From positions 100,548-164,547 of the forward strand of contig CAYITD010000002.1 of assembly GCA_964366325.1 (NCBI GenBank): a stretch of DNA of 64,000 nt, given 5' to 3'. The DNA is from Candidatus Woesearchaeota archaeon (GTDB taxonomy: Archaea; Nanobdellota; Nanobdellia; Pacearchaeales; GW2011-AR1). The translations under genes were made by a program, and so were the position numbers. Under the pieces are notes generated by a model. It ran no database searches and was not told where the DNA came from. It worked only from the letters and a program-made list of their open reading frames with translations. Positions 18,487 to 28,336 of this stretch are shown here, one piece after another. Numbering within the stretch: the first letter of the stretch is position 1; the number at the start of each line of letters is the position of its first letter.

Positions 18487-20268
18487 ATGAAAAAAGAAAA
18501 AGTTGATATCAAAGAAAACTTCAAGAACTACTTGTGGTTCGCAAAAAAATGGAAATGGATATTTCTCGTAGTTATTTTCATCTCATTAATAATAGAATGC
18601 ATCCATATATTTGAAAAGTTCCTTATAAAGAATATAGTAGATAACAGCACTGAATTCGTTGCCAAGCAGATGACCACAGAGATATTTATTTCAGGATTAC
18701 TGATTATCGCTGGCCTTTATATTATTTCTTCACTTATTCTAAAAGTTTTAGGGAATTGGATTCAATTAAGGATAATTAATAGTTTAGAAGCATCTATGAT
18801 GTTAGAAATGAAACAAAAGTTCTTTAATCATATAATTCATCTTTCTCATAATTTCCATACAACCCATAAAACTGGGAGTCTAATCTCTAGAATGAATCGT
18901 GGAAATAAAGCTATAGAATCAATAAGTGATTTCATTGTTTTTAACATCTCCCCTTTGCTCTTACAAATGATCGTAGCAAGCGCAGCTATAATATATTTTG
19001 ATATTACATCAGCAATAATTATTGTTATGACTTCTTTGACATTTATTATTTTTGGATTTTTCATGTCAAAAGTGCAACAAAGATCTCAATACGAAGCGAA
19101 TGTAACAGAAGACCTAGAAAGAGGTGTTATGGCTGACATCTTCATGAACATAGATTCCGTAAAACATTTTGGAAAAGAAGAGCTAATGAATAATAAATTT
19201 CAATTACTCGGAGAAAATACAAGAAAAAAAATGCTGGAATTTTGGAATTTTGGTTCTTGGTTTAATGCTGGACAAAGTTTAATCCTTGGAATTGGAACAT
19301 TTAGCCTATTTTACTTCACAATTACAAAAATCATTTCAGGAAATATAACGGTAGGAACTTTAGTATTTATCTACACAGTGTATCTAGGCTTAGTTGGCCC
19401 GTTATTTGGATTTGTGCAAGGTATGAGAAAATTTTACATCGCACTAGGAGATTTAGATTCCTTGTATGAATACGAAAAGATAACAAATGATATTAAAGAT
19501 GAGGCAAATCCAGAAAAATTAAAAATCAATAAAGGAGAAATAGAATTCAAAAATATTTCATTTAGATATAACAAAAATAGAGTTATAGACAAATTTTCCT
19601 TAAAAATAAATCCAAACGAAAAAGTTGCTTTTGTTGGACACTCTGGTTGTGGAAAAACAACTTTAGTGAAACTTCTTTATAGATTATATGATGTTGAGTC
19701 TGGACAAATTTTAATCGATAATGAAAACATAAAAAAATTTAAACAAGAATCTTTAAGGGAAGAATTGAGCATAGTTCCGCAAGAATGTATTTTATTTGAT
19801 GACACAATTTACAATAACATAGCTTTTTCAAATCCAAAAGCTTCAAAAAAAGAAGTCTTCCAAGCGATTAAATTTGCGCAACTAGATAATTTTATAGAAT
19901 CATTGCCTAATAAAGAAAATACAATTGTCGGCGAAAGAGGCGTCAAACTTTCAGGTGGAGAAAAACAAAGAGTATCAGTAGCAAGAGCAATATTAGCAAA
20001 TAAAAAAGTCCTAGTTTTAGATGAAGCAACGTCCGCGCTAGATAGTAAAACCGAACATGAAATTCAAAAAGATCTAGAAATGTTAATGCAAGGAAGAACA
20101 TCGATCATAATAGCTCATCGTTTATCAACAATAATGAAAGCTGATAAAATAGTAGTTATGGAAAAAGGTAGAATAGTTCAAATTGGTAAGCACAGAGAAC
20201 TAATAAACAAAAAAGGAGTTTACAAAGAACTATGGAATTTACAGAAAGGCGGCTATATTAAAGAATAA
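18487..20268 (+). CDS. ABC exporter, fused permease and ATPase (MsbA/Atm1-like)
   Basis: About 6 TM segments, GHSGCGKT, LSGGEKQR, VLDEATSALD, IAHRLST. Confidence 0.95.
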   Translation: MKKEKVDIKENFKNYLWFAKKWKWIFLVVIFISLIIECIHIFEKFLIKNIVDNSTEFVAKQMTTEIFISGLLIIAGLYIISSLILKVLGNWIQLRIINSLEASMMLEMKQKFFNHIIHLSHNFHTTHKTGSLISRMNRGNKAIESISDFIVFNISPLLLQMIVASAAIIYFDITSAIIIVMTSLTFIIFGFFMSKVQQRSQYEANVTEDLERGVMADIFMNIDSVKHFGKEELMNNKFQLLGENTRKKMLEFWNFGSWFNAGQSLILGIGTFSLFYFTITKIISGNITVGTLVFIYTVYLGLVGPLFGFVQGMRKFYIALGDLDSLYEYEKITNDIKDEANPEKLKINKGEIEFKNISFRYNKNRVIDKFSLKINPNEKVAFVGHSGCGKTTLVKLLYRLYDVESGQILIDNENIKKFKQESLREELSIVPQECILFDDTIYNNIAFSNPKASKKEVFQAIKFAQLDNFIESLPNKENTIVGERGVKLSGGEKQRVSVARAILANKKVLVLDEATSALDSKTEHEIQKDLEMLMQGRTSIIIAHRLSTIMKADKIVVMEKGRIVQIGKHRELINKKGVYKELWNLQKGGYIKE

Positions 20269-20273
20269 AAACT

Positions 20274-21047
20274 CTAATTTAAAACCTTAAAATCAACTCT
20301 ATACCTAAACTTGTAAGGCGCAATATCTCCCGCTTTCTTCACCTTTAGAATCTTAGTTTTCTTCCTTGCCTTTTTAGCCTCTGTCTCAATAAGTTTTCTT
20401 AGGGATTCTTTTTCACTTTCTGGATAAAATCCATAATAATGAATTATTCCGCCACGTTTAATATGGGGAAAAGCAACATCCAAAAAGGAATCTTTTAAGT
20501 TCGGACGAGCCATCACAATCCTATCAAATTTCTCCCCTAGTAAAGGAACTTTCTTCCGAACATCTCCCTGAACTATTTTAACTCTATCCAATAATTTATT
20601 TCTCCTAACATTTTCAATAGCATATTTAGAACATTCTCTTCCTAGTTCAACACTAGTTACTTTACTAGTCTTTGAATTCTTAGCTATAACAATCGCGAAA
20701 GGAGCAACACCTCCAAACATAACTAAAACATTTTCCCCGTTTTTTACCATTGAAGCAACCTCTTTTCTCTCGCTACTCAGTCTAGGAGAAAAGTAACAGC
20801 TCTCGACATTAAACCTAAATAAGCATCCATTTTCCTTATACAAAGCCTCCTTAGTCTTCTCTCCCAAAATATGCTTAGTCTTCAGCGTCCTTAGTCTTCC
20901 CTTAAACTTGTCAGTTTTCTCAAGAACAGTCCTTACATTCACGTTTTCTTTAAGAATCTCAAGAGCAAATCTCTTCTTTTCCCCTGCTTTTGCCCCCCTC
21001 TTAAACTTAACAATTGCAATGTTTCCCAGAATATCAAATCCTCTCAT
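20274..21047 (-). CDS. Trm5/TYW2 (Met-10+)-like tRNA methyltransferase
   Basis: FDILGNIAI, ENGC.F, YFSPRLSSER, VLVMFGGVAPF, FDRIVM, IIHYY. Confidence 0.85.
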   Translation of the reverse strand: MRGFDILGNIAIVKFKRGAKAGEKKRFALEILKENVNVRTVLEKTDKFKGRLRTLKTKHILGEKTKEALYKENGCLFRFNVESCYFSPRLSSERKEVASMVKNGENVLVMFGGVAPFAIVIAKNSKTSKVTSVELGRECSKYAIENVRRNKLLDRVKIVQGDVRKKVPLLGEKFDRIVMARPNLKDSFLDVAFPHIKRGGIIHYYGFYPESEKESLRKLIETEAKKARKKTKILKVKKAGDIAPYKFRYRVDFKVLN

Positions 21048-21170
21048 AAAGGTAAAAAAGGAAGATTGTTAATAAATCTTAGCAAGTCTTAAAAACATCA
21101 TATATAAATGAGTAACTTCCTAGTAGTTACAAATAGAAAGATTTATATAGTATTTACGCCCCTATAGAAT

Positions 21171-22601
21171 ATGAAAAAAACAATAAAAAATAGGGTTAAA
21201 AAAGTATCAATATTCTTAATAGTTGCAACTATCCTAATAGGCTCAATATTCAATTTTAGCATAACAGAAGCAAGAGATTTAAGAACAAAGCAAAAAAGCG
21301 ATCAAGTAAATATAGTAGGCACAACTTACAGCATACATTCTGATAACTTTGATGGAACCTCAAAAAATAAATACTTCATTAAAACCGCAGATAAAAACTA
21401 TTACGAGCTAAAATTAGATAAAGGAACTGAATTCCCAGAATCTAAAGAGGTTATAGTAAAAGGATCTCTAAATGAAGGAATCTTAAAAGTAAATTCTTAT
21501 GAAATAAACACCCGAGGATCAATAAGAGTAGGTCAAAGAGGAGTTCCAAGTTTTGAATCAGAAATAAGAGATAAAGATAGAAGCACTTTAGGTCCTCAAA
21601 GAGTAGCGCTAGTATTAGTTAATTTTCCACACAATCAAACAGAACCTGCAACAAAAGCAGAAGTAAACGATTTTATGTTCAATGGAAGAGTAAACGACTC
21701 TGTAAATAGCCAAATGACTGAAATGTCATATTCAAAAGCATTTCTAATAGGAAATGTCTACGGATGGTACAACCTTCCAATAAGTTACGAAAACAGATGT
21801 AATCTTGAAAGAATAGCAGATGCAGCAACACCTTTGATAGACAAAGATATTGATTTTAGTAAATATGAAAGCATACTCTTTGTTTTTCCAGAAGACAGAA
21901 CTTGCAACTACGGAGGTCAAACAAGAGGAGCGCCTAAGAATTTCCAGACAAACGAAGGGTCTATGTCTCTGAATGTTATGTCAGTAAATGGCCCTAACTA
22001 CATAAAAAAAGGCACTGCATTGCACGAACTAGGTCATTCTATGGGCTTGAGTCATGCAAATTATTATCAATGTTCTAATCAATTTCCTGAAGATCAATGC
22101 ACTTCAATAGAATACAATGACTATTATGATGTGATGGGTGCGTTTTCAAGATCTCACTTTAATGCCATTCACAAAGAAAAACTAAAGTGGTTTGACAGTT
22201 CAAATATAATGGATAATCCTTCTTCAGGCATTTATCAAATAGAACCAATAGAGACTTCCGGTTCAGGAGTAAAGGCTATAAAAATACCTACTCAATCAGG
22301 CTTTAACTATACAATAGAGTATAGAAGACCTATAGGTTTTGACAAAGAACAAATAACAATATTTTCCAATACTGTTTATCAAGCAGACCCAATTTTTGAC
22401 GGTGCCCTAATACACATAGACAAAAAAGTATCTAAAGGAGATACACAAACAATAGACACAACTCCGCAAAACCCAGGAACACCAAAATTAGATGTTGTCC
22501 TAAAGAAAGGAGAAACTTACGTCGATCCTATAAATGGCATAACAATAAAAACCGTTGATTTTAATGACAATTATCTCACAGTAGAGATAAACAGAATATG
22601 A
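21171..22601 (+). CDS. Secreted M6/M11-like zinc metalloprotease (paralog 1)
   Basis: Signal/TM segment, LGPQRVALVLVNF, VYGWY, HELGHSMGLSH, DVMG Met-turn, IEYRRP. Confidence 0.85.
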   Translation: MKKTIKNRVKKVSIFLIVATILIGSIFNFSITEARDLRTKQKSDQVNIVGTTYSIHSDNFDGTSKNKYFIKTADKNYYELKLDKGTEFPESKEVIVKGSLNEGILKVNSYEINTRGSIRVGQRGVPSFESEIRDKDRSTLGPQRVALVLVNFPHNQTEPATKAEVNDFMFNGRVNDSVNSQMTEMSYSKAFLIGNVYGWYNLPISYENRCNLERIADAATPLIDKDIDFSKYESILFVFPEDRTCNYGGQTRGAPKNFQTNEGSMSLNVMSVNGPNYIKKGTALHELGHSMGLSHANYYQCSNQFPEDQCTSIEYNDYYDVMGAFSRSHFNAIHKEKLKWFDSSNIMDNPSSGIYQIEPIETSGSGVKAIKIPTQSGFNYTIEYRRPIGFDKEQITIFSNTVYQADPIFDGALIHIDKKVSKGDTQTIDTTPQNPGTPKLDVVLKKGETYVDPINGITIKTVDFNDNYLTVEINRI

Positions 22602-24721
22602 AAAGTACAATAAAAAATCTGATTACGTTGTTTGTTATTTGCTCAATAATAATTCCTTTAGTTTCTTTTAGCATAAGCGCAGAAAGAGAAAGCTTTAGAA
22701 CAAATCAATATTCTGTTAAAGAAAAAATAGCAGAAATAAAAGAATCTGGAGAGAAAATAACGATTTCAGGAACTCTCGAAATGCGACATTTTGATAATTT
22801 CGAAGATAACACTTATGAAAACATCTACTATTTTCATGATAAAGAAAAGGTCAAAAGAGTTTACTTCGAAATTGAACCAAATTTAGATCTTTTAAGCAAT
22901 ATAAAAATTGAAGGGAAGTCAAAGGGCAACGAAATATTGGTAGAATCATTTTCAATCCTTCAAGAAGAGAATACACAAACCGCTTTCTTTTTTGAAACTA
23001 GATGGAAGCTCGGCGAACAAAAAGCAGCAGTCATTTTAGTAAATTTCATAGATGACAGAAGAGAGCCAGTAAATGATGAATACATAAGAACAAGAACTTT
23101 TAACGCCAGCCGTTTTAAATCTCTGAACAACTTCATAATTGATAATTCTTATTCCAAAGCTTCTGTAACAGGAGAGGTCTATCCTACTAACACGGCGATA
23201 ACAGGATGGTACGAGTTGTCCTATCCTAAAATAGATGTCTGTGGAGGAAATGGAAGCGAAGAACCTTATATAGTATCAAAAAGATTAATGCAATCAGTAA
23301 TAAACTTGGCAGATTCAGAAATAGATTATTCAAAATATAAAAATTTAATTTTCGTTTTTCCAGGAGTTACTGGATGCACTGCTTCCTCTGGAATCTTCCT
23401 TAATGCTGTAACAAATGAAGGAATATTTAACTTTACAATATCAGAAATACCTGGGGCAAATCTATTCGACTTAGGCGTAGTGAATCATGAGTTTGGGCAT
23501 CAACTGGGTTTGAAACACTCAAATGGTTGGGAATGCGGAACAAAATCCATGGGCATTTACGGACTGGATTGTAGTTCTCTAAATTATCTAAATATCTACG
23601 ACACTATGGGTTTAGGAAAATCTCATTTTAGTTTATTTTACAAACTAATGCTTGGATGGTTAAATGAAGAAGATATAATTGTTTTAAACAAAACACAAAA
23701 AGGAGTTTACAGAATAGGCGCAATAAACACAGAAAATGAATATCCAAAAGGAATAATAATAAACTCAAATCCATATAACTATTCTATAGAATTTAGAAGG
23801 CCAAGTAATTATGAAAATTTAAACATTAACAATTACGATCCATCAATAATCGATGGAGCAATCATTAATTTACACTACTCGCTATCTTCCGGACTAGGCG
23901 AAAATCATTTAGTAGATACAACTCCTCATTCTTCGAACGTTGTTGAAAGTTTCGCTGATTTCACAGATGCAATACTAAGAGTAGGAGAAACATTTTTTGA
24001 CGAACAAAACAACATAAAAATAACCACTCTAGATGTAAAAGAAGATTATTTGGATCTTTGTCTTGGCGAAATAAAAGATTGCCTCCAGTTGGATCCCCCA
24101 ATAAAAGAAGATAACTACAAAAAGAAAAATCGTTATCTTTCGTTTCTTCCAGAAAACAAAGGAAAAAGATTCGGTATTTTAGTAAAAGCGAAAACTCTCC
24201 CAGCACAATTTTCAAGCTATATAGGAGAGTACAGATTCGTAGGACCAAAAAATGAATTTAGTGAATATTCTGTTATTCAAAATCAAACAAAAGGTAAAAG
24301 AAACGAATCTATAAGAAACAAATTCATAGCCTCAAAATTACAATGCGAGCCTTACTACTCTAACTGGGACGATGTTGATCTGTTGGGCATATACGGAGAA
24401 AATATTCTTCCTGGAGCAACTTATGAGATTTACACAATAGATGAAAGATGTTCCACTGAAAGTTGCCTTTCAGAACCACTTACAATTGAAACATCTAAAT
24501 GGGGAGATATAAACAACGATAATTTAGTAAATGAAAAAGACATAACAGAAATCGTAAACAAAATAAAAAGAAGCCCAAAAGCTCTAAGCAAAACTCAAAC
24601 ACAGTTAGGTCCAAATCTGCCAAATCCTTTGCATGACGTAAATTCTGCAGGTATATTATATGTTAACAGCGCCTTGAACGGGGAACAATATCCTTTTGAA
24701 GGTCCCTCTGTAAGATGTTAA
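22598..24721 (+). CDS. Secreted M6/M11-like metalloprotease (paralog 2) with a C-terminal domain containing a dockerin-like motif
   Basis: ATGA overlap with paralog 1; LGEQKAAVILVNF, HEFGHQLGLKH, DTMG; C-terminal WGDINNDNLVNEKDI. Confidence 0.85.
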   Translation: MKSTIKNLITLFVICSIIIPLVSFSISAERESFRTNQYSVKEKIAEIKESGEKITISGTLEMRHFDNFEDNTYENIYYFHDKEKVKRVYFEIEPNLDLLSNIKIEGKSKGNEILVESFSILQEENTQTAFFFETRWKLGEQKAAVILVNFIDDRREPVNDEYIRTRTFNASRFKSLNNFIIDNSYSKASVTGEVYPTNTAITGWYELSYPKIDVCGGNGSEEPYIVSKRLMQSVINLADSEIDYSKYKNLIFVFPGVTGCTASSGIFLNAVTNEGIFNFTISEIPGANLFDLGVVNHEFGHQLGLKHSNGWECGTKSMGIYGLDCSSLNYLNIYDTMGLGKSHFSLFYKLMLGWLNEEDIIVLNKTQKGVYRIGAINTENEYPKGIIINSNPYNYSIEFRRPSNYENLNINNYDPSIIDGAIINLHYSLSSGLGENHLVDTTPHSSNVVESFADFTDAILRVGETFFDEQNNIKITTLDVKEDYLDLCLGEIKDCLQLDPPIKEDNYKKKNRYLSFLPENKGKRFGILVKAKTLPAQFSSYIGEYRFVGPKNEFSEYSVIQNQTKGKRNESIRNKFIASKLQCEPYYSNWDDVDLLGIYGENILPGATYEIYTIDERCSTESCLSEPLTIETSKWGDINNDNLVNEKDITEIVNKIKRSPKALSKTQTQLGPNLPNPLHDVNSAGILYVNSALNGEQYPFEGPSVRC

Positions 24722-24728
24722 TCGAAAA

Positions 24729-25127
24729 TCACAACCTCTTCTCTACCAATTCCTTAAATTTAGAAATTATCTCTAAGATCCTCGTTTTATTATTAGCCAA
24801 ATAACTTGAATCAATTTTCTTGCCTTCATAAGAACTATTATTTCGCTTTACTCTTAAATCATTCAAAAAAACAATGTCTCCTTCCGTAAAAACGTCATAG
24901 TTTACTAGGTAATCAATCAAATCTTTATGAGCATTATCTCCTATCGATTTAAACCCAGACAAAAGTAATAGGGCACTAGCTAATTCCTTAATAATTTCAT
25001 AATAATTTTCCATAGCACTTGTAGAAAACTTTTCATGATCTATTGTTGAAACAAAATCCTCTCTTTCTTTGGTCAAATTAAGAATAGACTTCACTTTCTC
25101 TTTATCAGGTGTTGCTTTAACTATCAT
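24729..25127 (-). CDS. HEPN-domain protein (MNT-HEPN toxin partner)
   Basis: YYEIIKEL, H..LI, LRVKRNNSSYEG (Rx4-6Y variant of the HEPN motif); directly downstream of the MNT gene. Confidence 0.75.
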   Translation of the reverse strand: MIVKATPDKEKVKSILNLTKEREDFVSTIDHEKFSTSAMENYYEIIKELASALLLLSGFKSIGDNAHKDLIDYLVNYDVFTEGDIVFLNDLRVKRNNSSYEGKKIDSSYLANNKTRILEIISKFKELVEKRL

Positions 25128-25652
25128 TTAAAAAACCTTAACATAACCTTTTAATATAATTCCATTCAAGATATTATTTTTCAATTCTTTGGAGATTTCA
25201 TTTAATGATTCCTTAAAAATTATATGGGTTTTCTTACCTAACTTTTTTTCGAAACTTTTAAGTTCAACATTTTTTTCCTTCCCAAGAATGAAAAAATCTA
25301 TATCCGAATTTTCAACAGATTCTCCCTTTGCGTAGCTACCATATAAAATAATTACTTCAGGAGACATTTTCTCCCACAAATAATCTATTAAACCACTGTT
25401 ACGTAATTCAAATAAAATACTCATCTTCTTATAAAAAACAAAATCATTATTATCTCTAAGAGCTATATAGTAAGGCACATCCCTTTTTATCTGCTTTTTA
25501 ATTAATCCTTGTTTTTCAAATTCAGCAAGATAATTCATAATAGAAGGAGGAGATATATTCGCAAGCCTAGCTATCTCTCTCAATCTAAAACTATCAGTCG
25601 GAGAATCCAAAAATATCTTCAAAACCTTGTATCTGTTATATTTTTCTAACAT
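25128..25652 (-). CDS. HTH-fused minimal nucleotidyltransferase (MNT) antitoxin
   Basis: LREIAR...ISPPS HTH; LYGSYAKGE...SDIDFFI. Confidence 0.9.
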   Translation of the reverse strand: MLEKYNRYKVLKIFLDSPTDSFRLREIARLANISPPSIMNYLAEFEKQGLIKKQIKRDVPYYIALRDNNDFVFYKKMSILFELRNSGLIDYLWEKMSPEVIILYGSYAKGESVENSDIDFFILGKEKNVELKSFEKKLGKKTHIIFKESLNEISKELKNNILNGIILKGYVKVF

Positions 25653-25683
25653 CTGTTATATTATTATAACAGTCGTTTATAAA
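25653..25683 (-). promoter_or_regulatory. Palindromic operator plus TATA box of the HTH-MNT/HEPN operon
   Basis: Perfect ctgttata-N4-tataacag at 25653-25672 abutting the ATG; tttataaa at 25676-25683. Confidence 0.7.
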
Positions 25684-25751
25684 TCTTCCTAATAAAAATC
25701 GTAAAAATCCAACCCCAATCAAATATAAATACCTTCAATTTAAGGAATTTT

Positions 25752-27587
25752 ATGCCAAATAACTATTCCAGAATTAAAAAACTCTCAATAATTGGTCTAA
25801 TTGTATTACTGATCCTCTCATTAACAATAATCCAAAAATCAACCGATGTTTCAGCTATATCTCCAAAAACAACAACTGGAATAGCAAAAGTCCATGTTAT
25901 GGAAGATCTAACTGGAATAGAGAGTAAAACAATATATAAAATTCAATCACAAAACGCAGAATATTTTCTTAATTTTCCAAAAGAATATACAATTCCAAAA
26001 ATAACTTCAGGAGAATTGTTGCAAGTTACAGGTTTTGCAAACAATGTTGCATCAGACTCTGAAATAGAAGTACAAACAATAAGAGTTATTCCTAAAAGCA
26101 TTGCAAGTTCAAACATTGAAAATCTTGGAGAACAAAAAACAGCCGTTATCTTAGTGAAATTTCCAGAAGATAATGGAGAACAAAAGACAAAAGAAGAAGT
26201 AAATAACTTAATATTTGATACTTCAAACGAATATTCAACTAACAATTTTATAAAAGAAACTTCTTACGGAAAAGCTTCTTTAGTAGGGGAAGTTTACGGA
26301 TGGTACACTCTAAACATAACAAAGCAACAATTCGTATCAAAAGATCCCCTAGGATCCCTAGATTTTTTAACAAAAGAAGCAATTAAAGCATCAGATTCGG
26401 AAATAGATTTAACACAATATGAAAGGTTAATAATAGTTTTTCCATTTATAGATTATAATTCATACAGATATAGTGGATTTGCAACAATAGGAAAATGGTA
26501 TTTCTTTATTCAAGACCAAACTCCTCTGCGCCTATCCTCTTCTTTAATAAACGGTCCAGAAAATATAAAAAATTTAGCACCACACGAACTAGGTCACAAT
26601 TTCAACCTCTTTCACGCAAATGACTGGGAATGCGGAGAATCTCCCTTTAAGCCTTCTTTAAAAGGCTGTTACAACTTAGAATATGCAGACGCATTTGACA
26701 TAATGGGAAATAATAATTATCTATCGCACTACTCTGCAAATAATAAAAAGACTATTGGTTGGCTTAACGAAAATCAAATCGTTAAAGCCAATGATGAAGG
26801 AATATACAGTTTAACACCCTTAGAAACAGAAAACGGAGTTAAAACAATAGAAATCTCAACTTTAAACACAAACTATTCTATTGAATTCAGAAGACCAATA
26901 GGTTTTGATAGAAAAATATCAAATTCATATGGAAGAGAAATTTACAACGGCGTTTTTATAAGAGAAATAAATAATTTTAATTATGGCTCAACACATTTAA
27001 TAGACAGTTCTCCTCATTTAAACTCAACTCTTAATCAAATAACAGATTCTATCTTCTCCGTTTTAAAAGTAGAAGAAATTTTTTCAGATCCAACTAATGA
27101 CTTATACCTAAAAGTTCTCTCAGTAAATGATGAAGAAGCTAAAATTATATATACAAAAACACAAACAATATGTGGAAATAGTATTTTAGAACTGAGCGAA
27201 AAATGCGATGATGAAAACACTAACAACGGAGACGGTTGTTCAAGTACTTGCCAAATAGAAGAAGACTATTCTTGTCATGGAGAACCAAGCATCTGCAGCG
27301 CTCTTTGTATAGATACAGACAATGGCATTAATTCTATAATAAGAGGGAAAACTTATCTTGCAACAAATCCAAAAAGCTATGAAGAAGACATTTGTCTGCC
27401 AAATGATAATCTGATGGAGTGGTTTTGTTCTTATGATCCAATCTCTAAAGAAAATATCGTAACAAACCAAATAATCGCCTGCTCCATATGTTCAAATGGC
27501 TCTTGTGTGATCAATCAGAGAAGTCCTCTTGAACAACTTTCAGAAACAGATAGAATTAAAGACTACATAACAAAGCCAAGAATTTAG
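25752..27587 (+). CDS. Secreted M6/M11-like metalloprotease (paralog 3) with DUF4215-like and CxDTDxG modules
   Basis: LGEQKTAVILVKF, HELGHNFNLFH, DIMG, CGNSILELSEKCDDENTNNGDGC. Confidence 0.85.
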   Translation: MPNNYSRIKKLSIIGLIVLLILSLTIIQKSTDVSAISPKTTTGIAKVHVMEDLTGIESKTIYKIQSQNAEYFLNFPKEYTIPKITSGELLQVTGFANNVASDSEIEVQTIRVIPKSIASSNIENLGEQKTAVILVKFPEDNGEQKTKEEVNNLIFDTSNEYSTNNFIKETSYGKASLVGEVYGWYTLNITKQQFVSKDPLGSLDFLTKEAIKASDSEIDLTQYERLIIVFPFIDYNSYRYSGFATIGKWYFFIQDQTPLRLSSSLINGPENIKNLAPHELGHNFNLFHANDWECGESPFKPSLKGCYNLEYADAFDIMGNNNYLSHYSANNKKTIGWLNENQIVKANDEGIYSLTPLETENGVKTIEISTLNTNYSIEFRRPIGFDRKISNSYGREIYNGVFIREINNFNYGSTHLIDSSPHLNSTLNQITDSIFSVLKVEEIFSDPTNDLYLKVLSVNDEEAKIIYTKTQTICGNSILELSEKCDDENTNNGDGCSSTCQIEEDYSCHGEPSICSALCIDTDNGINSIIRGKTYLATNPKSYEEDICLPNDNLMEWFCSYDPISKENIVTNQIIACSICSNGSCVINQRSPLEQLSETDRIKDYITKPRI

Positions 27588-27644
27588 TAATTATATAATA
27601 GTAACAAATACATAGGTTTAAATATCTTCAAAATTGCAAGTTAA

Positions 27645-27998
27645 ATGAGAAAAATAAATTTTAAAAGAACATTAGCAAGTTTAGTTATCGGAGCATCAAT
27701 TTCACTAACAGCTCACAAATCAAATGCAGACACAGTTTCAATTTATGATAATTCCATAAATTCTTACAATATCGCTAGTGATAAAGAAACACAAAACACC
27801 AGAGAAGCAATTTGGAAACAAGCTCTAATAAGTTCTCTTTATGAAAATAAAGAAACCAACACACAAAACATAAATGAAACACCAAAAATAGAATACAAAT
27901 TAGAAAATAGAGGTATGAGCGTTCCAGAACCAGCAACAATTGCACTTATGACCTTAGGTGCTGCAGCTGCATTAAGAAAAAGAAAAAAGTATCAGTAG
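27645..27998 (+). CDS. Small secreted protein with PEP-CTERM sorting signal
   Basis: Signal peptide ending SNA-D; C-terminus VPEPATIALMTLGAAAALRKRKK (VPEP + TM helix + basic tail). Confidence 0.85.
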   Translation: MRKINFKRTLASLVIGASISLTAHKSNADTVSIYDNSINSYNIASDKETQNTREAIWKQALISSLYENKETNTQNINETPKIEYKLENRGMSVPEPATIALMTLGAAAALRKRKKYQ

Positions 27999-28057
27999 AA
28001 AAAAGAAACCTTTATATATAAAATATTTCTTACATACATATATTAAAAGAGGGTTAG

Positions 28058-28306
28058 ATGAAAAAAATACTTGGATATATTATAGCAGCTGTAGGAATCT
28101 TGGGAATTGCTACATACTCCATACCTGAATTAAAAAAGGTTCTTCAAATTCCAACACAAATAAATGATACTATGCTTATCACAATTTCTCTTATTGTTGC
28201 AGCCATTGGTATTTTCTTTGTTGTAAAAGGAAAAGTCAGTTCAAAACAGCCTAGAGAAGTTCCTATTTTTCACGGAAAAAACGTAGTAGGATACAGAAGA
28301 CATTAA
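28058..28306 (+). CDS. Small two-TM membrane protein
   Basis: Two hydrophobic helices; C-terminal EVPIFHGKNVVGYRR. Confidence 0.75.
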   Translation: MKKILGYIIAAVGILGIATYSIPELKKVLQIPTQINDTMLITISLIVAAIGIFFVVKGKVSSKQPREVPIFHGKNVVGYRRH

Positions 28307-28336
28307 ATTTTTAAAACATCACTCTATCCTCTTTTT

